Assembly: GCA_947646095.1 (NCBI GenBank) | Contig: CANSFI010000001.1 | Span: 8,402-72,401 of the forward strand | Direction: 5' to 3' | DNA from: an uncultured Mycoplasmatota bacterium | GTDB taxonomy: Bacteria; Bacillota_I; Bacilli_A; RF39; UBA660 | DNA length: 64,000 nt | Shown: positions 28,190-38,703 of the stretch, one piece after another | How the letters are laid out: each line of letters begins with the position of its first letter | Numbering within the stretch: position 1 is the stretch's first letter | Position numbers and translations under genes: made by a program | Notes under the pieces: model-generated | Told to the model about the DNA's origin: nothing | The model's database searches: none | Seen by the model: the letters and a program-made list of their open reading frames with translations, nothing else

Positions 28190-29023
28190 ATGAAACGAAT
28201 AAGTTTTAAGCAAACTAAAAAATTATATGGAAATTTATATTTTAAAATAATATTTTATTTAATGATTATAATTATGGCAGTTTTATTAGGAGTGTTAATT
28301 TATTTTAATTTTATAATTGAACAAAAAATACCAATATTAACTTATCATAATATAATTCCAGATGAGCTTTATGATAAATATAAAAAGGATTCTTTTTTAA
28401 CAAAAGAATCAACTTTAAAAAAGCAATTGGATTATCTTAAAAAACATAATTTCAAAACATTATCATTAGATGAATATTATTGTTGGAAAATAGGTAAATG
28501 TAAAATACCACGTAAGTCTGTTTTAATAACATTTGATGATGGATGGTCATCTGTTTATAAATATGCTTTACCAATTTTAAAAGAAAATAATCAGAAAGCA
28601 ACATCATTTGTTATTTACTATCATGTAGTTAATCATGTTGATGATATAAAACATCCATATTCTTATTTGACTTTAGATATGATAAAGGATTCTAAAAAAG
28701 AATATTCAAATCTAGAATATTCATCACATTCATATGGTATGCACAATAGAGAAGGTCATGAAAATAGACCTAATAGTGTTATTGAAAAAGATATTAAAGA
28801 GGTAAAAAAATATAATCAAAATAAATATTATGCTTATCCAAACGGTTGGTTTAGCGATGACTATATTCGAATTTTAAAAGAAAACGGATATAAAATGGCA
28901 TTTAGATTTGGTCCATATGCTAATTCATCTAAAAAAGATGATAATTATAAAATAAATAGATTAGTAGCTGGAGAAATGTTGCCATATTGGAAATTTGTAA
29001 TAAAAATGAATTTTAGATATTAG
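28190..29023 (+). CDS. Polysaccharide deacetylase, membrane-anchored
   Basis: VLITFDDGWSSVY and SHSYGMH motifs. N-terminal TM. Confidence 0.75.
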   Translation: MKRISFKQTKKLYGNLYFKIIFYLMIIIMAVLLGVLIYFNFIIEQKIPILTYHNIIPDELYDKYKKDSFLTKESTLKKQLDYLKKHNFKTLSLDEYYCWKIGKCKIPRKSVLITFDDGWSSVYKYALPILKENNQKATSFVIYYHVVNHVDDIKHPYSYLTLDMIKDSKKEYSNLEYSSHSYGMHNREGHENRPNSVIEKDIKEVKKYNQNKYYAYPNGWFSDDYIRILKENGYKMAFRFGPYANSSKKDDNYKINRLVAGEMLPYWKFVIKMNFRY

Positions 29024-29033
29024 AAGGTGTGTA

Positions 29034-30233
29034 ATGAAGAAAATATTAAAAAAAATCTGGTATCATATAAAGGAATTTTTAAAAAAGGTAAGAAATTTCT
29101 TGTATAGGAATCCAATAACAGAATTAATACCTGTTAAAAATCAAATATTAGTAGAATCAATACCAGATTTTGCTGATAATTCATATGCTTTTTATAAAGT
29201 GTTATTAAAACATGATTATCAAAAAAAATATAAAATAATTTGGATGACTCAAAAAGATGAAATAAATTCCAAATTTAAAAGAGATGATATTTATTATTTT
29301 AATGAATATAAAAAAGGAGTAATTAATTTTTTAAAAAAGCACTGGCTTATTAATAGATCTAAATTTATAATTACTTGCAATCGTTTTTATCATAAAAAAA
29401 CCAAAAAACAAACTATTATATATCTTACTCATGGAATGCCTTTAAAAGATTGTACTAAAATTAGAATGAATTATTATGATACCGATTTTTCTATATCTAA
29501 TTCAGATTTCTTTTTAAATGAATTGGCTCCAGTTTTGAATATTCCAAAGGACAAATTTGAAATTTTTCAATCTCCTAGAAATGATGATTTATTTGATAAA
29601 AGTATTGATATTAAAAAGAAGATGTATCTAGAAAATAAAAAAGTAATTGTTTGGCTTCCTACATTTAGAAATATGAGTAATAGTAATCGAATTGATTCAA
29701 CTTTTGATATGCCTCTTGGATTGCCAATCTTATATAAAATACAAGATATTGAAAAACTAAATGAGCAATTAAAAAATAGTAATGTATTTTTGATATTAAA
29801 ACCTCATTTTGCTCAAGATTTAAGTAAAATAAAGACAAAAATTTATAGTAATTTTAAAATAATGTATAATAAAGATTTAGATGACCTTGGAATATCATTA
29901 TATCATTTACTCGGGCAATCTGATGGATTAATAACTGATTATTCTTCAGTTTATTATGATTATTTATTAACAAATAAACCTGTTGGACTTACAATTGATG
30001 ATTTAAAAGAATATTCCGAAAATTTAGGAATAACTTATGATTATAAAACAGTTGTTAAAGGTCATTATATTGAAAATTTAAGTGATTTTATTGATTTTGT
30101 TAATGATATTAGTTTAGATAAAGATACTTACAAAAAAGAAAGAGATAAGACATTAAAATTATTAAATATGGATATGGAAGGAAATTATTCTGAAAAAATA
30201 TTTAAATATTTACAAGATAGATTTAATTTCTAA
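29034..30233 (+). CDS. CDP-glycerol glycerophosphotransferase (TagB/TagF family)
   Basis: VIVWLPTFRN, ILKPHF, LITDYSSVYYDYLLTNKP motifs. Confidence 0.8.
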   Translation: MKKILKKIWYHIKEFLKKVRNFLYRNPITELIPVKNQILVESIPDFADNSYAFYKVLLKHDYQKKYKIIWMTQKDEINSKFKRDDIYYFNEYKKGVINFLKKHWLINRSKFIITCNRFYHKKTKKQTIIYLTHGMPLKDCTKIRMNYYDTDFSISNSDFFLNELAPVLNIPKDKFEIFQSPRNDDLFDKSIDIKKKMYLENKKVIVWLPTFRNMSNSNRIDSTFDMPLGLPILYKIQDIEKLNEQLKNSNVFLILKPHFAQDLSKIKTKIYSNFKIMYNKDLDDLGISLYHLLGQSDGLITDYSSVYYDYLLTNKPVGLTIDDLKEYSENLGITYDYKTVVKGHYIENLSDFIDFVNDISLDKDTYKKERDKTLKLLNMDMEGNYSEKIFKYLQDRFNF

Positions 30234-30244
30234 GAGGTGATTTA

Positions 30245-31702
30245 ATGAGTAAAAAGAAAGTAGTTTTAAATTATATTTATAGTTCATTTTATCAACTATT
30301 CTTAATAATTGTTCCTCTTATCACAGCTCCATATTTAGCCAGAACTCTACTTCCAGAAGCAGTTGGTATCAATAGTTATGTAAGTTCAGTCGTTCAAATA
30401 TTTGGACTTTTAGGTTTAATTGGTTTAAATAATTATTCTATAAGAGAAATAGCTTATGTTAGAGATGATAAAGAAAAGTTAAATAAAGTATTTAATGAAC
30501 TATTTTTCTTAAGAATAATATGCTTTATTATTACTGTTATAGTGTATTTAATATATGCATATTTTTCAGAATATAGAATGTATTTTATAGTTCAACTGGT
30601 AGCTGTATTTGGAATATTTGTTGATATCTCTTGGTTATATGCTGGATTAGAAGAATTTAAAATGACAGTAACTAGAAGTTTTATTGTCAAAATAATTAAT
30701 GTTATAAATATATTTTTATTTATTCATGGACCAGAAGATTTATATTTATTCATGTTTATTTCTTCTGTATATTCTGCTATAGGAAATTTAATACTTTATA
30801 CTGGAATAAAAAAAAGAGTTGGAAAAATAAAAATAAAAAATTTAAATATCAAAAAACATTTAATACCAACTATAAAATTATTTGCACCACAAGTAGCTTC
30901 TTTAGTCTATCTTCAATGCGATAAAATGATGATTAAATTTTTAAGTGATAATGTAAGTAACGTTGGATTTTATGATCAAGCAGAAAGAATTGTTAAAATG
31001 CCACTTGCATTAATTACAGCATTAAGTAGTGTAATGTTGCCTAGAGTAGCAAATGAATTTAATAAAAACAACAAAGAAAATATAAAAAAATATGTAAAAA
31101 CAGCCTTTAACTTTTCACTGTTTATGGCTATTCCATTAATGTTTGGTTTAATAGCAATTTCTTCTACAATGATACCATGGTTTTTAGGTGATGGTTATGA
31201 CAAAGTTATATCTGTTATGATGATGGTTAGTCCAATTGTTTTATTTATTTCTTTATCTTCTGTATCAGGAACACAATATTTAACAGCAGTTAATAACACT
31301 AAACTTCTTACAATTTCTTATGTGATTGGTGCTATGTTAAATTTAATTATTAATTATTTCTTAATTCCAAAGTTTGGACCAGTTGGGGCAGCTATTGGTA
31401 CTGTAATAGCTGAATTTACAGTTTTCTTTGTTCAAATAATTAATATTAAAGAAATAATAAAATTTTCTGAACTTATATATATGGCATTTAAATATATAAT
31501 TTCAGGAATATGTATGCTTATAATCTGTATAATAGTTGGTAATTATTTTGGAACAACTATTATATCTACAATAATACAAATTATAAGTGGTTTTACTATT
31601 TATATGGTTTTACTATTTATATTTAGAGATAAATTTTTTATTGAAATATCAAATAAAATGATATATATTATTAAAAAAAGATTAATTAAAAAGATAGATT
31701 GA
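30245..31702 (+). CDS. Polysaccharide flippase (Wzx / MOP superfamily)
   Basis: 14-TM profile, ITAPYLARTLLPEAVGI N-terminus, and GPVGAAIGTVIAEF near the C-terminus. Confidence 0.8.
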   Translation: MSKKKVVLNYIYSSFYQLFLIIVPLITAPYLARTLLPEAVGINSYVSSVVQIFGLLGLIGLNNYSIREIAYVRDDKEKLNKVFNELFFLRIICFIITVIVYLIYAYFSEYRMYFIVQLVAVFGIFVDISWLYAGLEEFKMTVTRSFIVKIINVINIFLFIHGPEDLYLFMFISSVYSAIGNLILYTGIKKRVGKIKIKNLNIKKHLIPTIKLFAPQVASLVYLQCDKMMIKFLSDNVSNVGFYDQAERIVKMPLALITALSSVMLPRVANEFNKNNKENIKKYVKTAFNFSLFMAIPLMFGLIAISSTMIPWFLGDGYDKVISVMMMVSPIVLFISLSSVSGTQYLTAVNNTKLLTISYVIGAMLNLIINYFLIPKFGPVGAAIGTVIAEFTVFFVQIINIKEIIKFSELIYMAFKYIISGICMLIICIIVGNYFGTTIISTIIQIISGFTIYMVLLFIFRDKFFIEISNKMIYIIKKRLIKKID

Positions 31703-31714
31703 GGAGGTATTTTA

Positions 31715-32443
31715 ATGAAGGAAAAAAGAAAAACCATCGCACTGTTAACAGCGGCAGGGGTAGGAACAAGAACCCATCAAGATATTCCAAAACAATTTTT
31801 ACATATTGATAATAAACCACTTATAGTTTATACAATGGAGGCATTTGAAAAACATCCTAATATTGATGAAATTATTGTTGTATGCTTAGATGGATGGCAT
31901 GATATTCTAAGAGCATACGCTAAGCAATTCAATATAAGTAAATTAAAATATATTGTATCAGGTGGAAGTACTGGACAAGAATCAATATATAATGGTTTAA
32001 TTGAATTACAAAAACATTGTAATAAAAACGATATTGTATTAATTCATGATGGCAATAGAGCGTTAATATCACAAGAAATAATTTCAAATTCATTATCAAC
32101 ATTTGAAAAATATGGTAGTGCAGTAGCTGCTATTCCTTGTGTTGAAGCTATATTTATAAGTGATGATGGAGTTGTTTCAGAATCACAAATTCCAAGAGAA
32201 AAATTATTTAGAACACAGACACCACATGTATATACTTTGGAAAAATTATTATGGGCACATGATGAAGCTAAAAAAAGAGGTATCACTAACACAACTGCTT
32301 CATGTACACTAATGCAAATGTTAGGAGAAAAAACTTATTTTAGTATTGGATCTGAAAAAAATTTAAAGGTAACGACTATAGATGATATTGAAATGTTTCA
32401 AGCTTTGTTAAATACTCAATTATCAAACTACATAAAAAGGTGA
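31715..32443 (+). CDS. IspD/TarI-type alditol-phosphate cytidylyltransferase
   Basis: IALLTAAGVGTRTHQDIPKQFLHIDNKPLIVYT, IHDGNRALIS, FRTQTPH. The polysaccharide-locus context favours a TarI-like role over IspD. Confidence 0.75.
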   Translation: MKEKRKTIALLTAAGVGTRTHQDIPKQFLHIDNKPLIVYTMEAFEKHPNIDEIIVVCLDGWHDILRAYAKQFNISKLKYIVSGGSTGQESIYNGLIELQKHCNKNDIVLIHDGNRALISQEIISNSLSTFEKYGSAVAAIPCVEAIFISDDGVVSESQIPREKLFRTQTPHVYTLEKLLWAHDEAKKRGITNTTASCTLMQMLGEKTYFSIGSEKNLKVTTIDDIEMFQALLNTQLSNYIKR

Positions 32444-32446
32444 TTT

Positions 32447-33523
32447 ATGATTAATAATAAAAAATATGTAAAAAAAATAAATGAAATATGTGATTTGAAT
32501 TATGACTTTAATGAATTTAAAGGTAAAACATTTTTAGTGGTAGGTGCAACAGGTTTAATTGGAACATTTTTAATTGATGTATTAATGAATTTAAATAATA
32601 AATTAAAACTTAATTGTAATATTATAGCTGTATGTAGAAATGTAAATAAAGCAGAAGATAGGTTTTCAAAATATTTAAATTATAAAAATTTTAAAATATA
32701 TTCTATTGATATAAATCAAAAAATAGATATTGAAGATAGTATAGATTATATTATTCATGGCGCTAGTAATACTCATCCTTTAGCTTATTCTAATGACCCA
32801 ATAGGAACAATAACTACTAATGTAATAGGAACATATAATTTGCTTAATTTAGCTGTTCAGAAAAAAATAAGTAAGTTTATTTTTCTATCATCAGTTGAAA
32901 TATATGGAGAAAATAACACTGATAAAAAAGAATTTTCAGAAACAGATTTAGGTTATCTTAATTGTAATACATTAAGGGCTGGTTACCCTGAAAGTAAAAG
33001 ATTAGGTGAAGCATTGTGTCAAGCTTATATTAAAGAATCTGATTTAGATATAACTGTTGCCCGTTTACCAAGAGTATATGGTCCTACAATTTTAAAGGAT
33101 GATAGTAAAGCTTTATCACAATTTATTAATAAAGCAATTAATAATGAAAATATTATTTTAAAAAGTGAAGGAAAACAATTTTATTCTTATGGGTATGTAG
33201 GTGATATAGTATCTTCTATTTTATTTCTTATTTTAAATGGTGAAACTGGAGAAGCATATAATGTATCATCACCTAAATCAGATATAACACTTAAAGATTT
33301 AGCTAATTTAATTTCAAATTATGTTGGTAAGCAAGTTGTATTTGAACTTCCATCAGAACAAGAAAGAAAAGGTTATTCTACAGCAACCACAGCAATATTA
33401 GACTCATCCAAAATAAGAAATTTAGGTTGGACTGATATTACACCAATAGAGGAAGGAATTAAAAATACAATTGATATATTAAAAAAGGAAAATAATGAAA
33501 AAATTAATAATTCAAGCATTTAG
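32447..33523 (+). CDS. NAD-dependent epimerase/dehydratase (extended SDR)
   Basis: VVGATGLIGTFL Rossmann motif and YPESKRLGE (YxxxK). Confidence 0.8.
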   Translation: MINNKKYVKKINEICDLNYDFNEFKGKTFLVVGATGLIGTFLIDVLMNLNNKLKLNCNIIAVCRNVNKAEDRFSKYLNYKNFKIYSIDINQKIDIEDSIDYIIHGASNTHPLAYSNDPIGTITTNVIGTYNLLNLAVQKKISKFIFLSSVEIYGENNTDKKEFSETDLGYLNCNTLRAGYPESKRLGEALCQAYIKESDLDITVARLPRVYGPTILKDDSKALSQFINKAINNENIILKSEGKQFYSYGYVGDIVSSILFLILNGETGEAYNVSSPKSDITLKDLANLISNYVGKQVVFELPSEQERKGYSTATTAILDSSKIRNLGWTDITPIEEGIKNTIDILKKENNEKINNSSI

Positions 33524-33920
33524 TTTTTTTGGTATATCTGGCATAGGTTGGATAATGGATATGGTAGTATACACCATTTTAACATCCATAAGTATTAATG
33601 AATTAATTTCTAATATTATTAGTTCTGGAATAGCTGTAACTTTTGTATATTTAATTTCTACTAAAAAATTATTTAAAAATGGTAGTGAAAAAATAGATTT
33701 AAAGAAAAAATATATTTTATATATCATTTATCAAATAACAATGATCAGTTTTTCATCTTGTATTATTTTTAAACTTGCTAACGCTTTAATTAATACAAAT
33801 ATTTCTTTACTAATTAAATTTAATTCAATAAGTGCAAAAATTATTGTAACACCATTTACTATGGTAATTAACTTTATTTTTATGAAATTTTTAATAGAAA
33901 AAGTAGGTAAAAATGGATAG
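33495..33920 (+). CDS. GtrA-family membrane protein
   Basis: 141 aa with 4 TM helices. FSFFGISGIGWIMDMVVY and a C-terminal FIFMKFLIEK pattern. Confidence 0.7.
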   Translation: MKKLIIQAFSFFGISGIGWIMDMVVYTILTSISINELISNIISSGIAVTFVYLISTKKLFKNGSEKIDLKKKYILYIIYQITMISFSSCIIFKLANALINTNISLLIKFNSISAKIIVTPFTMVINFIFMKFLIEKVGKNG

Positions 33921-33958
33921 TTTTATATTAAAATATTTTAAATAATGAGAGGAGCAAT

Positions 33959-35050
33959 TTGATCCTTTTATTTTACTCAAAATTAAATTATTATTATCAT
34001 CTAATTTATGTTATAATTTCAGTGGGTGGTAGTATGGTTTTCATATTTTTATTATTGATAGTTATATATTTAATTAGTATTAAAATAAATTTTAAAGATC
34101 TAAATTTTAATTATATTGATAGAAGTAATACAACTATTATTAATGGAATATTTGTAGTTATTGTCTTTTTTAGTCATTTTTTAAGTTATAATACTAATTT
34201 AAATATTTATGATAAATCATTAAATTTTATAATTATAAAATTAGGACAACTAATAGTAGCAACTTTCTTATTTTATTCGGGATTTGGTATATATGAAAAA
34301 ATCAAAAAAAATAAAGAACAATATATTGATAGCTTTTTCAAAAAAAGATTTATTCCAACCTTTTTAAATTTTTGGGTAGCTATATTATTATTTTTATTAT
34401 TAAATTTAGTTTTAAAAAGGACATATTCAATAAAAAATATTTTACTTTCTTTTATAGGTTGGGAATCAATAGGTAATAGTAATTGGTATATGTTTGCTAT
34501 ATTTTATTTATATTTATCAGTTTTATTTAGCTTTAAATTATTTAAAGGAGAAGATAAATATAATTTAATAATTATAACTATATTAACATTTATATATGTT
34601 TATTATATTAATATATATAGATTTCCTCATTGGTGTACAACAATATTATGCTTTGTAGGTGGAATGTGGTATTCATTTTTTAAAGACAAAATAGATGCAT
34701 TTGTTATGAGAAATTTTAAGAGTTATATAGGTACTATTATTATTTCAGGTTTGTTATTACTTATCTTTTACCATGAACGAAGCAATATTTATATCCACAA
34801 TTTACTTTCGATTACCTTTGTTTTTATGATAAATTTGTTTAATATGAAAGTAACATCAAATAGTAAAATACTATTATTTTTAGGAAAAAATGTTTTTTGG
34901 ATTTACATTTTACAAAGAATTTCCATGATAATATTTCAAAATAGATTGAATATTTATTTATATTTTATTATTTGTTTAAGTATCACTTTAGTACTTGCTA
35001 TAATTTTAAAAAATATAACATCAAAATTATGGAACAAATTATTGAAATAA
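33959..35050 (+). CDS. Acyltransferase family 3 membrane protein
   Basis: INGIFVVIVFFSHF motif and multi-TM profile. TTG 33959 has AGGAG 5 nt upstream; ATG 34034 is an alternative start. Confidence 0.6.
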   Translation: MILLFYSKLNYYYHLIYVIISVGGSMVFIFLLLIVIYLISIKINFKDLNFNYIDRSNTTIINGIFVVIVFFSHFLSYNTNLNIYDKSLNFIIIKLGQLIVATFLFYSGFGIYEKIKKNKEQYIDSFFKKRFIPTFLNFWVAILLFLLLNLVLKRTYSIKNILLSFIGWESIGNSNWYMFAIFYLYLSVLFSFKLFKGEDKYNLIIITILTFIYVYYINIYRFPHWCTTILCFVGGMWYSFFKDKIDAFVMRNFKSYIGTIIISGLLLLIFYHERSNIYIHNLLSITFVFMINLFNMKVTSNSKILLFLGKNVFWIYILQRISMIIFQNRLNIYLYFIICLSITLVLAIILKNITSKLWNKLLK

Positions 35051-35055
35051 ATTAA

Positions 35056-35093
35056 AATAGATTGATTAGAATATTTATAATTAATCTATTTTT
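35056..35093 (+). terminator. Rho-independent terminator inside the glycopolymer locus
   Basis: AATAGATTGATT / AATTAATCTATT 12-bp stem with one mismatch, followed by T residues. Confidence 0.45.
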
Positions 35094-35146
35094 ATTATTC
35101 AAAATTTAGAACATTCGGTAATAGGGTATATAACATATTATTCTCA

Positions 35147-35497
35147 ATGGTAGTACATAGAAAAATATATGATTTAGGTTCAGGACTAAATATGTATAAA
35201 GTAAATAGTTTAGAAAGTGAATATTATTTAAAATTTCCAGATAATTTAACTTTCAATTGTTATATGCTTTTAGCAATTAATTGTTATAAACAAAAAATAA
35301 AGTTTTTTCCAATATCTTGGAGAGAAGATGATCAAGTTTCAAATGTTAAAATGGTAAGTCAGGCATTTAATACTTTTAAACTAGTATTATCTTATCTTTT
35401 TAAAAGAAAAAGATATTTACAATCGGAATTGAGAACTAAAATAGTATCTGATTATAATTTCGAAACAATTTATGAGAAAAAGAAAGGATCTAAATAA
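35147..35497 (+). pseudogene. C-terminal remnant of a GT2 (bactoprenol/dolichol-phosphate glycosyltransferase-like) gene
   Basis: Only the last ~115 aa are present (FPISWREDDQVSNVKMV...), with no catalytic N-domain and no RBS. It lies after a terminator. Confidence 0.4.
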
Positions 35498-35498
35498 A

Positions 35499-36239
35499 AT
35501 GAAAAAGATACATTTAATTATGCCAATGGGTGGGGCTGGTTCAAGATTTTTCAAAGATGGTTTTATTGTTCCAAAACCACTTATTGAAATTTATGATAAA
35601 CCTTTTTTATATTGGGCTACAAAAAGTATAACTAATTACATTGATATTTATGATCTTACTTTTGTTGTATTACAAGAGCATATTGATAAATTTAAAATAG
35701 ATGAAGTTATAAAAAAATATTTCAAAGATGCTAATATTGTATTTATTCCTGAAGTATTAAAAGGAGCAGTTTTAACATGCATTGAAGGAATTAAAAACAT
35801 TAATGATGATTTGCCAATAGTTTTTAATGATTGTGATCATATTTTTAGATGTCAAAGTTTTGCTGATTATTGTAATAAAGGGGAATTTGATGATATAGAT
35901 GGAGCATTACTATCTTTTAAATCAAATGATCCTAAATTTAGTTTTTTGAAACTTAATTATCAAGGATATGTAATAGAAACAGTAGAAAAAGTAGTTGTTA
36001 GCAATAATGCAATTTGTGGAGCATATTATTTTAGAAATAAAGATTTATTTTTAAAGATGACTAATGAATATTTAGAAAAGTGTAATTATTCAGAATATTT
36101 TGTAAGTGGTGTTTATAACATTATGGCATCTCATAATAAAAAAATAGTAAACTTTAATGTTGATAGTCACGTACCATTTGGAACACCAGAAGAATATGAG
36201 ATTGCTAAAAAATCAAATGAATTTGAGGTTTTAAAATAA
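35499..36239 (+). CDS. Sugar/alcohol-phosphate nucleotidyltransferase
   Basis: IHLIMPMGGAGSRFFKDGFIVPKPLIEIYDKPF is the N-terminal NTP-transferase signature. Confidence 0.7.
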   Translation: MKKIHLIMPMGGAGSRFFKDGFIVPKPLIEIYDKPFLYWATKSITNYIDIYDLTFVVLQEHIDKFKIDEVIKKYFKDANIVFIPEVLKGAVLTCIEGIKNINDDLPIVFNDCDHIFRCQSFADYCNKGEFDDIDGALLSFKSNDPKFSFLKLNYQGYVIETVEKVVVSNNAICGAYYFRNKDLFLKMTNEYLEKCNYSEYFVSGVYNIMASHNKKIVNFNVDSHVPFGTPEEYEIAKKSNEFEVLK

Positions 36240-36242
36240 ACT

Positions 36243-38138
36243 ATGAGTTATATATTTCTTACATTAGCTATTTTGGTTTTAATAATAGCTCATTTAATAA
36301 AAATATATCGATGGAAACTATTTATTGGTATATATGAAATTCCAAAAGATAAAATTTTGTTGAATTCTCTTTCTTGGGGGTATTTAATAAATACCTTTAT
36401 TCCCTTTCATATTGGAGATTTATTTAGAGCATTTATTTCTGGTAGAAAAATGAAAAATGGGGTTTCTTTTTCATTAGCTACTATAATAGTAGATAGATTT
36501 TTAGATATTTTAATAATAGCAATTTTATTCATATCGTTATATTTTTTAGGATTTAGAAGTAAGATTGTTTTAAATTCAGTCGTATTTTATATATTTTTGT
36601 TTATTTTTATAGTTTTGTTTATTTTATTTGGCATAAAGAACAATAAATGTATAAAGCATATTATAAAAAATATATCAAGTATTTTTAACAAATCAATAGA
36701 ACTAAAAATATTGAAGACAACATGGTTTACAATTAATACCTTTAAAGACTTACTTAATAAAATATCAAAATTAAAGTTATTTAGTAGTACATTTTTTATG
36801 TGGGGAATGTATTTTATATCATATGCGTTATTCGCATTATCTTTAAAGAGTAGTGGATATAATGTAGGATTAATTGATATTTTGTTATCATTATTTGCTT
36901 CTGGAAATATGCAAGCCTCTACTATAGGAATGATTATTAATTTAACAGATATTGGTTTAATGACACTAGTTTATTTAATTGTCCCTGTTATTATAATGTT
37001 AATTTATTCATATTTTATAAGAGAAAATGTACCTAGTAAAAATACAAGTTATATTAATATTGTTCCACATATTAAAGAAAATGATCGTTTAGCTTTTTTA
37101 GAGGCCTATTTTGAAGGAAATAATCGTGAATATTTTAAAAATTATATGAAAATTAATAGTGATATTTCAATTATTCAGGATTATTCTGCTGGTAGTAATG
37201 CTACTACTATGCTATGCACTGATGATACTTCAATGTTTTATCGTAAATATGCTTTTGGAAGTGCTGGACAAAAACTTTATGAGCAAGTAAATTGGATTAT
37301 TGAGCATCAAAAGGCAATATCATTAACGAGTATCAATAACATAAAAAAAAGTAATGGATATTGTTGTTATGATATGCCATATTTAAAAGAAAGTATTGGA
37401 TGTTTTAATTATATTCATTCAACAGATGTTAAAACTAGTTGGAATTTATTAGAAAAAGTATTAAATGATTTAGAAAAAAATTTATATTGCCTTAATAAAC
37501 GGATTGCTGATAGTAAAAGTATAAAAAAATATATAGAATCAAAGGTTATAAATAATTTAAAAATTTTAACTGATTCTAAAGAAGTAAAAGAATTAGAAAA
37601 ATATGATTATTTAATTATTAATGGTAAAAAATATAAAAATTTTAAACATTTTGAAAAATATTTAAATTCGGAGTATCTATATAACATATTTAAAAATGAT
37701 AAATATTCTGATATTCATGGAGATTTAACAATCGAAAATATTATATGTATGCAAACAGGCAAAAATAACTATTATATTATTGATCCCAATACAGGAAACA
37801 TTCATGATTCCGCTAATTTAGATTATGCAAAACTATTACAGTCTTTGCATGGAGGATACGAATTTTTAATGCATACACCATCAGTTGATGTTGTTGCTAA
37901 TAAAATCAATTATATGCGAAGTAGAACATCTATATATGATGAAATTTTTGAAAAGTATAAAGATTATTTAGAACAAAAATTTGGATTAGAAAAGACAAAA
38001 AGTATTTTTTATCATGAGATTGTACATTGGCTTAGATTGTTACCATATAAAATAAACAAAGACCGAGATAGATTTATTATGTTTTATGCAGGTTTTATTA
38101 TTGTTTTAAATGAGGTGATTGAGTTTTATGAAAAATAA
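36243..38138 (+). CDS. Fusion of an LPG-synthase-type TM (flippase-like) domain and an APH/choline-kinase-like kinase domain
   Basis: N-terminal half: HLIKIYRWKLF...NTFIPFHIGDLFRAF with about 8 TM helices. C-terminal half: kinase-like Brenner motif IHGDLTIENII and YIIDPNTG. Confidence 0.6.
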   Translation: MSYIFLTLAILVLIIAHLIKIYRWKLFIGIYEIPKDKILLNSLSWGYLINTFIPFHIGDLFRAFISGRKMKNGVSFSLATIIVDRFLDILIIAILFISLYFLGFRSKIVLNSVVFYIFLFIFIVLFILFGIKNNKCIKHIIKNISSIFNKSIELKILKTTWFTINTFKDLLNKISKLKLFSSTFFMWGMYFISYALFALSLKSSGYNVGLIDILLSLFASGNMQASTIGMIINLTDIGLMTLVYLIVPVIIMLIYSYFIRENVPSKNTSYINIVPHIKENDRLAFLEAYFEGNNREYFKNYMKINSDISIIQDYSAGSNATTMLCTDDTSMFYRKYAFGSAGQKLYEQVNWIIEHQKAISLTSINNIKKSNGYCCYDMPYLKESIGCFNYIHSTDVKTSWNLLEKVLNDLEKNLYCLNKRIADSKSIKKYIESKVINNLKILTDSKEVKELEKYDYLIINGKKYKNFKHFEKYLNSEYLYNIFKNDKYSDIHGDLTIENIICMQTGKNNYYIIDPNTGNIHDSANLDYAKLLQSLHGGYEFLMHTPSVDVVANKINYMRSRTSIYDEIFEKYKDYLEQKFGLEKTKSIFYHEIVHWLRLLPYKINKDRDRFIMFYAGFIIVLNEVIEFYEK

Positions 38139-38691
38139 ATTAGCAATCTTTGATATGGATGGAACATTATTTGATACAAAAGATGTTAATTATCATGCAT
38201 ATTTAAAAGCTTTGCAAAAATTTAATTTTAATATCAACTATGATTATTATTGTAGCGAATGTAATGGTAGATTATATAAACAATTTTTACCTACAATTAT
38301 TGGAGAAAACAATAATAAAATAATGGAAAAGATACATGCTATAAAAAAAGAAAGTTATGGCGAATTTTTAGATAAAGCTATTGTGAATAATCATTTATTT
38401 GAAATACTTAATTTAATAAAAGAAAAATATTATATCGCGTTAGTTACAACAGCTTCTAAACAAAATACCTTAGATATTTTAAAAAAGTTTAATAAAACTG
38501 ATTGTTTTGATTTAATTTTGACCCATGATGATATAATCAACCCAAAACCAAATCCAGAAGGATTTATTAAAGCTATGGATTATTTTAATATAAAATCAGA
38601 TAATTGTATTATATTTGAGGATTCTAAACCAGGAATTGAAGCTGCTATAAATAGTGGTGGAAGTGTTTTTGTTGTTAAGGGATTTAATTAA
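38128..38691 (+). CDS. HAD-superfamily hydrolase
   Basis: AIFDMDGTLFDT (DxDGT), VTTASK, FEDSKPGIEAA. RBS GAGGTGA 9 nt before ATG 38128. Confidence 0.8.
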   Translation: MKNKLAIFDMDGTLFDTKDVNYHAYLKALQKFNFNINYDYYCSECNGRLYKQFLPTIIGENNNKIMEKIHAIKKESYGEFLDKAIVNNHLFEILNLIKEKYYIALVTTASKQNTLDILKKFNKTDCFDLILTHDDIINPKPNPEGFIKAMDYFNIKSDNCIIFEDSKPGIEAAINSGGSVFVVKGFN

Positions 38692-38703
38692 GGTAGGTGA
38701 CAT

